A DNA stretch of 64,000 nucleotides from the NCBI RefSeq assembly GCF_000143415.4, contig NW_003314265.1:572405-636404 (forward strand), given 5' to 3'. Below are positions 51,801-64,000 of this stretch, piece after piece. The DNA comes from Selaginella moellendorffii. Taxonomy: Eukaryota; Plantae; Lycopodiophyta. The position numbers and the translations under genes are program-made. The stretch's first letter is position 1, and every line of letters begins with the position of its first letter. A model generated the notes under the pieces. The model saw only the letters and a program-made list of their open reading frames with translations, had not been told where the DNA came from and made no database searches.

Positions 51801-53674
51801 TGTGAGTGCATGGAATATGGAAAGGGAATACAGAAATGTGCATATCAATTAGCCCAAAAACCCTAGCTTATATACAAGAGCAAGTGGTCTGGATTGAAAC
51901 CAATCCGACAGCTACCAAAATCCCACTACGCTAATATTAGTATATGGCATCGTAGCTGTACACTTGGCCCTCACATCATCCCCTCCTCTCGGAATAATGG
52001 AAGGCCATCAGGGTTCTCTTGTAGATGGGCCGGGATCTGGAGGAACGTCAAGAGGAGGCATCAGCGGATCTGTAGACGGTATTAACTGCTCCTGATCCCT
52101 TTGTATGAAGCGTTTCAACCGCTGCACATACACAATCTCCGGAGGATCAGCCTGCTGGACGTCATGCTGAACCTTATAAACTTGCAGTCCAACTTGCCGC
52201 AACACCCAATATAGTCCTTTCCACTGTGCAAGGAGCCCCTTAAATAAACCACGTACCGTAAGATGGGGAAAACAGACTAACACCAAATCATCCACTTTGT
52301 ACTCTACAAGTGGACGATGATGGGAGTTGTAACGCCGTTGTTGTCCCACGTGTATACGGCCTAAGTGTTCGGCAGACTCTGCTCGGACAAATGGAAGAAT
52401 GCTCGTCAAATATTGATCCCATAACCTAGCATCAGGAGCTCGTGGTAATCACGAAGGTAAACCCAGCTCCGTTGGTAATATTGGATCATGACCATATAGA
52501 AGTTTATATGGTGAAGCACCAACAGAATTCTGCACCCCTATGACATAGGCATACCGAAGAGACGGCAAATAACCATCTCAATCCGAATGCTGAAAGTTCA
52601 CATACTTCGCAATCATCCCTTTGAATGTCCGAACGAGCCGTTCCACCAGACCGTCTGATTGTGGATGATAAGCACTCGTAAAAGTGTGGCGTATCCCCAA
52701 CCGAGACGTCAAAACATGAAATACCTTAGCCATAAACGTAGGACCATTATCCGAAAGAATCCGTTCCGACATATTTGGCTCCGCACGAAGCAAAAGACTT
52801 TGGAAATGAACGCCAAATTGCATCACCGATTCAGATGGCCCTTGGCGAAGACAATGCAATTGTTGGAAGGCATCGTCACAATCGTCGACATGTCCGAAAG
52901 CGTGTTTGAAGACATCCGAAAGAACACTCCAATCCCCATGAGTGGCCGCACTCAATCCATTGTACCATAGCAACACCGTCCCTTGGAGACACGTGGGAAA
53001 ATCACGCAAACGTCGAGCATCATCCCAAGAATGATACGTGGCAATCACCTTGAAGTGATCGAACCAATGGTACACATCATCCCCAGGATTCTTATGAAAG
53101 AACTCCGGCCGAACGCGAGGATTGGACCAAGAGCAGAAGGAGTTGGACCACGTGCCATGAATGCCACCATCAATTGAGTTTGGTTGTTTAATTGCAAGCA
53201 CATAGCATCAAGCAATTGAACCAATTACTGCTCTAGAGTCAAAGGAGGAAATTGTTGATTGGCCATGAAAATGAACGAAAAAGAAAGAGCAAAAGAAGAG
53301 AAATGACAAAAAAACTGGAAAGAAATGGTAAATCTAGACAATGCAAAAAGCTAGATCTAAACCAAAATTCTAAAAGGAAATAACAAAAGAAAGGAAATGG
53401 AAAAAGCTAGATCTAGACGATGCAAAAACTATATCTAAACCAAAATCCTAAATCCAAGCACTCCCCGGGGACAATCAAAGATGTCCCTCACCTCCACCAA
53501 TGTGAGTGCATGGAATATAGAAAGGGAATACAAAAATGTGTATATCAATTAGCCCAAAAACTCTAGCTTATATACAAGAGTGAGTGGTCCGAATTGAAAC
53601 CAATCCGACAGCTACCAAAATCCCACTATGCTAATATTAGTATATGGCATCATAACCGTACATTTGCCCTCACA
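51801..53674 (-). mobile_element. Family B miniature non-autonomous LTR element (1.87 kb, internal deletion derivative)
   Basis: LTRs 53501-53674 (5') and 51801-51975 (3'), 4-bp TSD ATTC (51797-800 / 53675-78), PBS TGGTGGAGGTGAGGG, PPT GAGAGGAGGGGATGA; gag N-terminus joined to integrase core. Confidence 0.92.
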
Positions 53675-54045
53675 ATTCTAAATTACTTAAAAACATTTCT
53701 ATGTTTTTTGAGTTTTAATAACACCTCTATAGAGTTTAAACATAACTATACAAAAAAAACTAGATAAGTAGAAACCTTCATACCTTTCCATGGTAGATCT
53801 TTTTGATGTTGCAAAAGAATTTACTTGTGATCTGTTATAAGCCTAATGCTTCCCTTCGAAGCCACTTTTCTGCAAGGACGCATGGTTGGCGGAATATTTT
53901 GTCATAAAGCATTTGATAACTGCACCACACACCAAACCGATAATGGTTAGAGCCCAAGCACTAGCGAGAAACAATCACCTCAACCATGAACTACAAGCAG
54001 AGAAAAATCCTATCGCTTTGTTCTTGTGCTTGTCACAGCTCTAAG

Positions 54046-55815
54046 TCAGTACAATTGATCTGGAAACAAGGACGTTAGAGCATTAAAAACCAAGAGCAAA
54101 ATCTCGTTACTCTGATCGTCGCCAAGCGGCTGGAAAGGAGCGGCATTTGCGCTCGCAAACTTTGCAGTGAGCTCCGTGTAGACGAGCTTGCTGAGCAGCA
54201 GCGCAGCGATGAGCACCGAGGTGATGAGCATCCCAAACACTGCGTCCCATCCTTTCTCCGACACGAATCCCGTTAGCAGCGGCCCAATAGCAGCACCGAC
54301 GGAGCCCGTGCCATCGATGATAGCGGTCACGGTTGCCAGAGCCTTGGAGCTTCCACTGAGCGAGCTGTGAGTGCCAAGGTCCGCGGACACGGCTGTGGTG
54401 ATGAGAGCATACGGCCCGTTGATGAAAGCTCCCAGGAAGACCATGAGCACGACGTTGCCAGCTAGAGACGAGCTGCCATAGACGCGATACAGAACCAGCG
54501 CTGGGACTGCAACGTACAGAAAAGTTGCCGCCGTGGTTGCTTTCGCGTTGAGTTGATCCGAGATGTAGCCAGCAGCAACGCCTCCAAACATACCTCCCAC
54601 GTCGAAAAGTGTGGACAATCGACCCGACATTCCATCGGAGAGATAGTTGCCAGCGATCTCTGCCCAAACAAACATAAAAAAACGCTTAGAACTATATATA
54701 ACACAAAAACTCGAAGAACACTTACTAGTATGCCTTATGTAGAACGGAAGCCAGTAGAGGAACGTATAAGCCACCAGCTTGGAGAAGAACAGGCACAGTG
54801 CGAACTGTGCAACGCCTGGAATCATCCAGGCATCAAAAAACCCCACAGCCGAGTCGTTCCTCGTCCCTGGCGCGAGAGAAACCTCCCTAAACTCCTCACC
54901 GTCGCTATTTATATCCAGGCCCTGGAACTCGCTCCCGTCGATCATGACCGAAAGGAACTTCCCGCCCATGCTTGTGCGGTTGCCTCAGCATGATCAGCTC
55001 AGGCGCCGCTGCTTGCCTTACGTACTCGCACCACCACCACCACCAACACTCGCCATCGAAGACGACATATCAACCTCTTCCGGATCCACTGCCAGGAAGA
55101 AGAAAACCACCAAAGCCGCCATAGCCATGAGAAAACCGGGAGCTACAAACGACCACCCCCAGCCATACTGCAGCATCTCCGCCGCGAGCAGCGAGCCGAC
55201 GATGTTTCCAGCCGAGGTGTGACAGTTCCAGATCCCCATGATCAATCCCCGCTTGCTCTTGTCAAACCACTTCGCGACAATGGTCACCACCGACGGCCAC
55301 CCTGTGGATTGAAAGACCCCCGCTACCATCTGGACGAGTATGAAGTAGCCTAGAGAATGGACCTTCCACCAGTAAGCCATCCCAAACAGGCACGAGAATG
55401 CCCCGCTGCCCGCCATGCCAGCCGAAAGAAAAAACCGGAGGTTGAGACGATCACCCAGATGACCCGCGAAGTACATTCCTATAGCGTAAGAAGCTAGAAA
55501 AGCTACATCTATAATCCCGAGCCTGGCTTTACCTCGACTCCCTACGAAGGGACTCCACCCCTCCCGGGCATTTCCTGGATCGATGCTGCTGGACGGGGAG
55601 AGATTGGAGCTCGGGCTCACCGCGAAGCCTGGATCCGAGTACTCCGGATGGAGCACGGCCTTGACGATGCTGATCGGCTTGCGCGCGGCGTGATAGCCGG
55701 CGTAGGCGAGGAATGTGATCCCTAGAACCGATGCCTTGTAGAATCCGAGGCTGAAATTGGAGGCGCGGCGCGCCCGGAGGAGCTGGATGCCCGGTGCCAC
55801 GGCCCGCGCCTCCAT
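54046..55815 (-). CDS. Glycerol-3-phosphate transporter/permease (MFS, G3Pp/SLC37-like), multi-exon
   Basis: [88 protein letters not shown]. Confidence 0.93.
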
Positions 55816-55881
55816 TCTCGGCGCTGGGCGCTAGGCGCGCCCTAATTAGGGCATTTTGAAAAAAAGAAGAAGATCCTACTA

Positions 55882-55889
55882 GCATATTC
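55882..55889. promoter_or_regulatory. P1BS (GNATATNC) ~67 nt upstream of the G3P permease ATG
   Basis: GCATATTC. This gene family is known to be Pi-starvation induced, but a single 8-mer is weak alone. Confidence 0.45.
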
Positions 55890-56552
55890 TACTGGGTCCT
55901 AAGGTTTGATTTTTCCGTCAAACTTATCATGCGCAAGGCTTTTGACTATTACTTTTGCTTGCTAAGGCAGCTGGATTCTTGAATGCTTGAGAGCTCGATC
56001 ATGGAGAGGAACAAAATCGTGGAATCAAAAAAACTTATTTCCTAGACTCGTGGCGAGCGAGCAGCTCTTCGAAAAAGTCTTGCTTGATTGATTGATGTTG
56101 TCTCGCTGCTGCTTGCTCGATCGATCGACATTTTTTTGCTTCGCTGCACCATCACGAAGGAGTCCCACGCACGCAAGAAACCAAAGAACTTTCGAAGGAG
56201 AGGAGAAAGAAAAGCGAAAGAAAGTTTACTTGCGTACAAACGCCATGGATTCCAGCTCACGATCCATTATAGCAACAGGATCATCGGACGTCGCAACGCT
56301 GATGGGCGAACTGGTGGTGGTGTGTGGTCACCTAACTTTGAGCCTGCAAAACGGAGATAGTTACCTAACAAAGGCATCTATCACCAGTGAAGTAAGCTTA
56401 GCTCTCCAGTAACCGCAACCTTTGATTTATAGCTACTTCTCGCTTTCACCAATCACATACACATTACACGGCAGCAGCGGCAGTCCTGAGATGCGAAAAA
56501 CAGCAAAACTTTCGGTCAAGAACCAATCCAAAAACTTTCACGTACACGAACC

Positions 56553-57951
56553 TCAAAGTTGCGACGGCATCTCCTCCACCAAGTTCCTCGACCGGGACCT
56601 CGATCTCTCCCGCTCGCTCTCGCTCCGGTGTAGCATCGCCTTGATGTGGAGAAAGACGTCCATCCTCTTCTCTTGCGGCGTCGGTGCCGGAGCCGGAACC
56701 ACGGCCTGTGGCGGCGGAGGCGCGTAGAATTCCTCCTCGGTGGTCATCATCTGTGGCTGCTTATTCGCGACGAGCCGGAACACGACCCCAAAAATGGTTC
56801 CAGCGATGAACGGACCGGCCCAGAACACCCAGTGGCAATCCCAGAGCGTGCTTCCCTGGACGATGGCCGGTCCCAGGCACCTCGCGGGATTCATCCCAGC
56901 GCCCGAGTAGTATGGAGACTTGAGCTGCGACGAGATGAAAGTAAACAGTCCTGCCGCGCCACCGATGCTGAGAGCAGCGAGAATTGGACCAGTCTGGCGA
57001 AAGTTCCCGGGCTCGAGGAGAGTCGAGTAGGCCACGAAAATGAGAAGAAACGTGAAGAAGATCTCCGAGATGAGCCCCGCTCGCGGTGTGAGTCCCTCCG
57101 GCCACTCGAGCCCCCGAGAGGTTCTCACAACTTCTCCGAGCAGGCACCCGGCGAGGGAGTTTTTCTCGACGAAGTCCCGCGCCACCACCTGTTTTGCTGC
57201 CAGAGTCCCGATCAAAGCTCCCAAGCTCTGCGCTGCCATGTAGAGCATTGCTCGCACCGCGGTCGTGTGGCCCGTGAGCATGGTCGTGTATGTGAAGATC
57301 GGGTTGAGGTGCCCGGCGCCCACCCACACGGACAGTGCCGCGAGAATGCACGCCGCCCAGACGAGGAAGTAGACGAGAGCGATGGCGATTCCTCGCTGCT
57401 TGAAATCCACGCACGCGGCAATGCCGGTTATAAGCGCGAATTGGAAAGCCGAGAAGCCGACGAGCTCGACCAGAGTTCCACGCCACACCTGAAATGAAAG
57501 GATTTTTTTTTTTCTTTCGAGAGACCGAAGAATTCATAGCTTACCTCACAGTTTGTGAAATCCATCAGACCCAAGAAGCGCTCCATTCGGCCGCTCCACG
57601 TCAGGGGCGGCGCGGGCAGCCCTTTGTCCTTGAATGCTTCCTCATCCATCGCCATTCCAGGTCGCGGAGGCTGCCCATATACTGGCGGGGATTGGTACCC
57701 CGACCCGGTGGGAATGTAGTAGCTCGTGCTGGGATCGTGATTCGACCTGGAACAAGGAAAATTCCCATCAATCCGGCATCCAAAACCCCAAATCCGAGAT
57801 CGAAGCACAAGAATCCCCCGGAAGAGAAAGAGAGAAGGAGAGAGAGGACGCTGCCATACCTGTATCGTCCAGAATGTGTCACTGGCTGGAGCTCGCCGCT
57901 GCGATAGCTGGTGCCGGCGCCTCCACTCTCAATCTGGAAAGACGAAGACAT
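56553..57951 (-). CDS. XIP: Aquaporin, X intrinsic protein (XIP) subfamily, 3 exons
   Basis: Six TM helices; variant first motif GHLNPI and second motif GMNPARCLGP (NPARC is the XIP signature). Confidence 0.85.
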
Positions 57952-58282
57952 GGCGATCCCCTATCGGATCGATCCACAGCCTCTCTGTGTTAATGCGGAA
58001 GAATCCAGGCGAGCCCTAGCGGGATCGTGGGCCGCGCATTGCGTGGGAGTGGAGGAATGCGCTGATGAGCTCGACCGCCGCCGCGCCGCAATAAATGCTC
58101 CTCTCTCGCACTGCCGGGGACCGAGGCGGCGGATCAGGCGACCTAAAGACACAGGACAAGAGGAACGTGTGCCAGTGTAGCGGCGGCGGCGGCGACGTCT
58201 CCTCCCTCCACCTCACCTCCGCCGCCACTCCTCCGGGAATTTGAATTGTAGGCACCCGTTAATTAAAATAAAAATCCCCCCA

Positions 58283-58572
58283 GAATATCCCTTCACAGCA
58301 GAGCAGAATATTCTCCCCGCGGAGCCACGGGCAGAATATACCCCTACGAACTGACAGAATGTGCCCCGAGATGTGAATTTCTGGCAGAATATGCCTCGCT
58401 TGCTGGTGCGTTGCGGGTCCCTTGGCCCTTTCTCTTCAATCCCAAGGTATAAGCACGGAAGCTCGCTGACTGACAGGTTCGACCAGAAGAGAGTCCACTC
58501 GCTCCACTCCCGCCCGCAAATTCTAACGCCAACCCGGGGGAATATTCGTCTGGGAATATTCTCGGCATATCC
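58283..58572. promoter_or_regulatory. Cluster of seven P1BS (PHR1-binding, GNATATNC) motifs upstream of XIP
   Basis: GAATATCC 58283, GAATATTC 58306, GAATATAC 58334, GAATATGC 58387, GAATATTC 58540, GAATATTC 58554, GCATATCC 58565. Confidence 0.75.
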
Positions 58573-58677
58573 AGGGTTTAGCGCGTCGTGGTTTTTTTGT
58601 TTTGTGGTGTCGGTTTGGAGGTTTCTCTCGTTTCATAGTCTCACTGTGCGTGTGCGTGCGCGTGTGTTTTTTTAAGC

Positions 58678-61600
58678 TTACGGGGGAACAGGGAAGTCTC
58701 TCTCGTTGGCTCGCCGGTACAACACCGTGGACGCCTCTACCCTGATAAACAAAAAAAATACGTTAGTCCCGAGTGGCTTTGGAACTGCTTATAAGAAGAA
58801 AAAAAATGCTGGGTCTTTTTTCTTCTTGTCTCGGTACCAAGCAGGACGAACGAGAAATCTCCCAGTTGCCAGAGCCCAGTTCGACTATAACACAACACAA
58901 AAAAAGAAAAAAAGAAACGAGTTTGAGCAACTTTTGATCGAGTTTTTGATCGGTTTCTTACTTTGTCTGTTCCCATGGAGATCGCAACGACGTGCGTGAC
59001 ATCCTCCTCCATCCTCGTCGTGCAAACCGCTCCGAATTGCTCGGCCATCCTCCACAGCGGGTGGAGCTGCGGCTGCGTCTCCTCGACGGGGAAAACCCGG
59101 CTAAAGATGATCTTGCAGCCACCGAGTATGCGTCTCTGGACAACGGAGAGAACCTCCCGGATATCGACTTCCTTTGGAAGCGGCCGGGAGTAAAACTCCT
59201 CGTGAACTCGCTCGACCACCTGGCTCGTAAAAAGTAAGCTTCGCTCGATAGAAACGAAAAAGAAAAACGAAAGAAAGGAAAGAAAAGAGTTTGTTTTGTT
59301 GGCTTACTCCTAGTATGGATGCTAGCATTCCATCGGCTTCTCTCTCGTCGTGTCCCACCTCTAAAAGCGAGGGGCCGGGCAGTCCAAATTGTTTCCTGCT
59401 GCACGGAAAATACATATATCTGCAAAGTCTCTAATCGTCAGCAAGGCAACGAAGAACACAAAGATCAAGAGGAACAGAAAAAAGAGAAAACAACGAAGAT
59501 CACAAAGACCAAGAGGAACAGAAAAAAGAGAGAAAAAAAGAACTTGGAACTTTAAAAGAGGGACCCGGGAGATGGTATACCTTTCCACCACGATTAAGTT
59601 ATCTTTGTGGTGTGGCCAGACGCGTGCAGAGTCATCGATGATAAGCACTGCCGACTCCATTCCAAGCACTCCATCCAAATCTTTGCTCCTCGGGGTCTTC
59701 TCGTCACCGTAGAGCGCATCACCGTCATCGCCTTTAGAAATCACGCGGCCAGCAAAGAGGACTCCAGTTGGATCCAGAAGCTTGGCCATCTCGGTTGCGT
59801 ATGCTTTGTTGCCCATTGTGTAGAGGTGAAGCTCGTAAAGTTGGCTTGCCTGGAAACAAGAAAAAACACGTTTTTAAGAAAGACCTTTCAACAATCGAAA
59901 AAAGAAAACGAAGAAAGATAATCACCCGTGCGAGAAATCTCCAAATGCCAGGCCTAAGCTTTGTCCACATTGACATGTAAGGAAACCGGTAAAGTTCCCT
60001 CCGAGTTCCTTCTTTCGCGTCTTTGTTCCGCTCGATGGTCTCGGTGGCACGCAAAAATCGATCCCATTCTTGCTCGATCTCCATAAACTGGAAGAAAAGA
60101 AGAATAAAAAACCATAAGCAAAAACAACAAAATAAGATGCAACAAGAGTAATCACCTTTGCAGAATTCAAGAGTGTGTGATCAAGGTCCAGCACAAGGCA
60201 CAGCTTCTTTTCACTCAGCATCTTGTCCTGCTCGTCCATCCTCCGTTGTCTCTCCTTGATAAAAGCAATGCGCTCCGCCTCGTCGAGATCAATCAAAAAC
60301 TCTTGCAGTTCCGGATGGATGTCTAACTCGGTTCCATTCTGTAAAACGGGAGGAGAGCCCGCTTCTAGTCCCGGAATGCTGGGAAACAATCCTGGAATGT
60401 TGGAAGGAGGAAGAACTTCAACCGTGTCCTTCACTTGATTCCTCAACTCTGGTGGCTTTGGTGGTCGCACAGTACCATTTTCCAGACTTGTGATATGCTG
60501 CTCCTCCTGATTCGTGGTCTCGGAGAGTGCACGCCTTGGATCGCGAGGTTTCATCTGATCAAAAAAGGAAAACAAAGAAGAATGAAGCAAGGAAAACATG
60601 AAAGGATGTAAACAGACCAGTATGGATTTGCCATCCTTAGCTTCGGGCTCCAGCCATCCTCCACTGCGGGGAGCCGCCTCGCTCTGAAGCTTCTGACGCT
60701 TAGAAGTTTGTGAGTCGGGCTTTAACGCTTCTCGTTTTCTGGAGGGGTTTCCTTCCAAGGCACCACGTCGGGGATCTCGGGGTTTTAAAACTGGTTGAGA
60801 ACCGGTCTCGGTTTTGTCAGTTAAAGTTTTCCCGTATCTCGCTGCTTCGTCCTCTTTCGAGGGAGTCGGGCTGGGAGGAAGATCATCCATCGGGAACGAC
60901 GCAGACATATAGTGTGTGTACGACGTCAGTGAGGACGAGGTTGGGTGCTCAGCGCTCGTCCCTCCATCCCATGGTATATAAGCGTGCTCCTTACCATCGC
61001 TGCTAGTCTCAAGTTTTGGGTTGACGGCTTCATACAGAGCCTTGAGCTGCGAGTTTTTTCCGCGTGTTATCCTCAATCAAGAAAAAAAATGACCAAAAGT
61101 CTCCTCACTTCTTCCACTTGTTTCGCCGTGAACAGTTTATCCGTGTAGAACTTCGCCAGCTTAGCCAGACTGGAGAAAGAAAAAAATGTGAGCGATTGCC
61201 TTGTACAAAAATAACAAACCTTTGCAGGACTCCGGGTTTTTGCTCGTCTCCTATCGCGTTATAAACCTGATGGATCCCATCAGCAAAGTGAGAAACAAGC
61301 ACAGGAAATCCAGCACACTTACGCAGTAAACGATCCGAATCTTGTCTAAAATCTTCAACACGAGCGATTGAACCAACTCGCAGTTGGGCGATTTCTTAGA
61401 TGGTTGATCCAGCTCCTCCAAAATCTGCAAAGCATCGTGGAGCTGGGCGCATGCGTCGTTGGGAGACCTGCAAAAGCACCAATAGCTCCATCAAACATTC
61501 CATATCCATCCCCGGAAGGAAAAAAGAAGGAGAGAAGAGGGACGAAAATATAACAGAGAATAAACTTACTTGCATGCATTCCCCACGCTAACGTTGTTAA

Positions 61601-61877
61601 CTAGTTTAACCACCGTTTGTATCGAGTTATCGTGTTTGCTCTCCGAGTCTCTTCTCCCAGAGTTTACGTGGTGCTGGGTTTTGGGCGATCGAATCGATCC
61701 ATTCCCGGACGTGGAAACGGCCGCAGACGACTCGATGCGCTCGGCGGCGGCGGTGGCGACGAAAACATCGTCATCGTCGTCCGAGATCTCGCCTTCCTCG
61801 TGATCGTCATCAAAATCGCCTTGAGGGTCGACGGGATTCTCCAGCGCCGCGAGACCAATCGCGAATTGGGTCGCCAT
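58678..61877 (-). CDS. CPL3: RNA polymerase II CTD phosphatase-like 3 (FCP1 + BRCT), multi-exon
   Basis: N-terminal EEGEISD, repeated KPRDPRR, LCLVLDLDHTLLNSA, WTKLRPG, TMGNKAYA, IIDDS..VW, BRCT (HPLWRMAEQFGA...WVEAS). Confidence 0.9.
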
Positions 61878-62679
61878 GGAAGCGAGCGAGCGAGAGAGCG
61901 AGTGCGTGTGCCCAATTCCCTTTCAAGACCTAATTTTTCGTTCGTACCTACGAGACACCCCACTGATCTGACCGATCTCGCGGCCCGGCCGCGGGAGAGG
62001 GGAAGAGATCGCGAGACGAGATCTTAAGGGGGAGGGACAAAGAAGGTTTCCCTCGTCAAAACTCGCTGGTCATGGATGTTTGCTTTGCAGCCGCAAAAAC
62101 CCTAAAATCCACCTCGCTTGCTCTCAACGGCCGCGATTAATGGGCACGATTGGCGAATATTCTCCTAAGAATCTTTTCGGTTGAATTTCCTATTGCACAC
62201 GGACAATTTTATCAAGTTCACTAGACATTGCCTAGCATAAGCTGCCGTTGGCAAAGTTTTTTTGATCCACATATTATCAATAAAAGATGGACACTTTCTG
62301 TGGATCATTCACTATTTGCAAATAGTAAATAAATTATTTTTGCTGGAGCTAGCAATCTTGTTTATTATCTCACTACCAAGCAATGTCTAATACTAATCTT
62401 AAGTACTTATGGAAATTAACAGAGCCAACCCCTCAATGAGTATTTGTATTTGATATTAAGATTTCAATTCATGAATTTGCTTGCAATGCATTGAGCACCA
62501 TCAAATTTGCATGGATCCCAATGCCTAATTCAAAAGCTTTAACTTTCACTCCATAAGAGGGATAAAGTTGAGGGAATGGCCCCAGTGGGATTGAGATTAA
62601 GGGAATGAATAGTAATTTCCCCATTTAATTCTTGCCCATGTATGCATATGTCAAATTTCCTTCTTCTCTCACAATAGGT

Positions 62680-63299
62680 AATGCTATTATAGCCAATGCT
62701 ATTTATATAATAGCATAAAAATGGATATGTGTATTGCTATAATAATATATATTATTATTAACATAGTGCTAGTTGTCCCTAAAAAGTGTTTGGATTTTTA
62801 AATTTAAATTTCTCTTATTCTTGTAATTTTTATTTTTGTATTTTTCCTTTTTGTTTTGTTCATTTTCATGATAAAGTAACATACTCCTACTTTGCACTAG
62901 CCTCTTCCTCCTCAAGCAATAATTGGTATAATTTCTTAATGCTATGTTGTTGTAGTTAGATAATCAAATTAATATTAGAGATGATGTGTACAATTGATTC
63001 AATTACTTTATGGTGATTATTATATATAATTTTTGGGATGTTTGCATAAGTTTTTTATATGTCTTCAAGGGACATGTTGATAACTATAATAATGTCTTTC
63101 AACAATTGCATCATCTTTATTAGGGGATGTTTGACTCAATTATGCAATTTGTTCTATTTTGTGCAAGTTAAATATGTCAAAATGAACCAACTTTAGACAT
63201 GTTATGGCCAAAATTTGTCAAGATCTATATATACACTTGCCCTTACCCTTGACAATTAGGATAATGATATAAAATACCATCTTTCTCATTTATAACTAC
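62680..63299 (+). mobile_element. Highly decayed family B remnant (LTR/leader/gag)
   Basis: AAGTGTTTGGATTTT, CAATAATTGGTA and TTTCAACAATTGCATCATCTT align with 32310-32760 and 47520-47700. Confidence 0.6.
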
Positions 63300-64000
63300 A
63301 GTGAGACACAAACCCCAAAGTGGAGCCGAAATGGTGCCACATGGTAATGGCCGAGGTAGAAGCCAAACGAACGTAACATATTTAGACTAAAAAGCTCCGA
63401 CTTGAAAAGTCAAGAGCAAAAGTGGACCTCTCAACGAAGCGCTTGAGGACCGAGTATGAAATGAGAAATAAGTGAATCTCTAGAAAAGGGGACACAAGAA
63501 GGCCCATATATGACATATGGAAGTGTCTGAGATAGGCTTGAGACAGCATCTAAGACAGAGTCCAAGATAGACCCAAGATGGAGTTTAACATGGAGTCCGA
63601 GATCAATCCGAGATGGAGTTCAAGATAGAGTTCGAGATGCACCCGAGATGGAGTATGAAATGGAGTCTGAAATGGACCCAAGATGGAGTCTAAAATGGAA
63701 TTAAGACTGAGTTTGAAATTGAGTTTATGTCTGAATACTAATACAGACTGTTGGGTGAAACCCCAAAGCAATCATCCCCTAAAGGGGGGATTGCAGAGGT
63801 TCCAAAAGTATAATAGGAAGAGTGTGGGGGTTAGACCCTAGTGGAGCCAATTTGGCTAGGAAAAGCCAATGTAACCTAGGAAGGCTATGCCTAAGTATTG
63901 GGTGATGATACGTCTATTAAGGAGTTCAAGGCTAGAGTGAATATGGACTGACAAGTGGGGTAGCTTGGTAAAGTGTTTAAGAGCTAACTCTAGTTCCCCC
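63300..64000 (+). mobile_element. Older family A LTR, runs off the window
   Basis: GTGAGACACAAA..CCCCAAAGTGGAGCC..AAGCTCCGACTTGAAAAGTCAAGAGC and a decayed minisatellite align with 33237-34112. Confidence 0.88.

Noticed and set aside
62480-62625. LRR-like remnant (..TG.IPSTL) on the minus strand
   Set aside because: A single frameshifted motif; insufficient evidence.

Overview
Gene-dense land-plant genomic DNA with very short (~50-60 nt) introns and tiny intergenic gaps. The style suggests the lycophyte Selaginella (inference). Left arm (1-30.4 kb): partial NADH-cytochrome b5 reductase, a Ty3/gypsy remnant, an AT-rich intronless secreted bulb-lectin fusion gene (decayed paralog at 18.7-19.5 kb), GRAS TF, FANCM (with a 53-nt AT-AC U12 intron), Rubisco-activase-like AAA+, two tandem MLO genes, Cmc1-like protein, RLCK-V kinase, FMO1-like monooxygenase, GDSL lipase and AMP1/LAMP1 carboxypeptidase. 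Middle (32.1-53.7 kb): a nested retroelement island. An old short-LTR gypsy (family B, 4-bp TSD, tRNA-Ala-type PBS) is split by an inverted solo LTR of family A. That solo LTR is split by a young three-LTR tandem, non-coding (LARD-like) family A element carrying a covarying structured-RNA cassette. A 1.9-kb gag::integrase deletion derivative of family B follows. Right arm (54-64 kb): glycerol-3-phosphate permease, an XIP aquaporin with seven P1BS motifs upstream, CPL3 phosphatase and further LTR remnants. Best leads: the P1BS-loaded XIP + G3P-permease pair, the unknown-domain/B-lectin gene family and the structured RNA module in the LARD. Coordinates were read by eye; no database searches were run.
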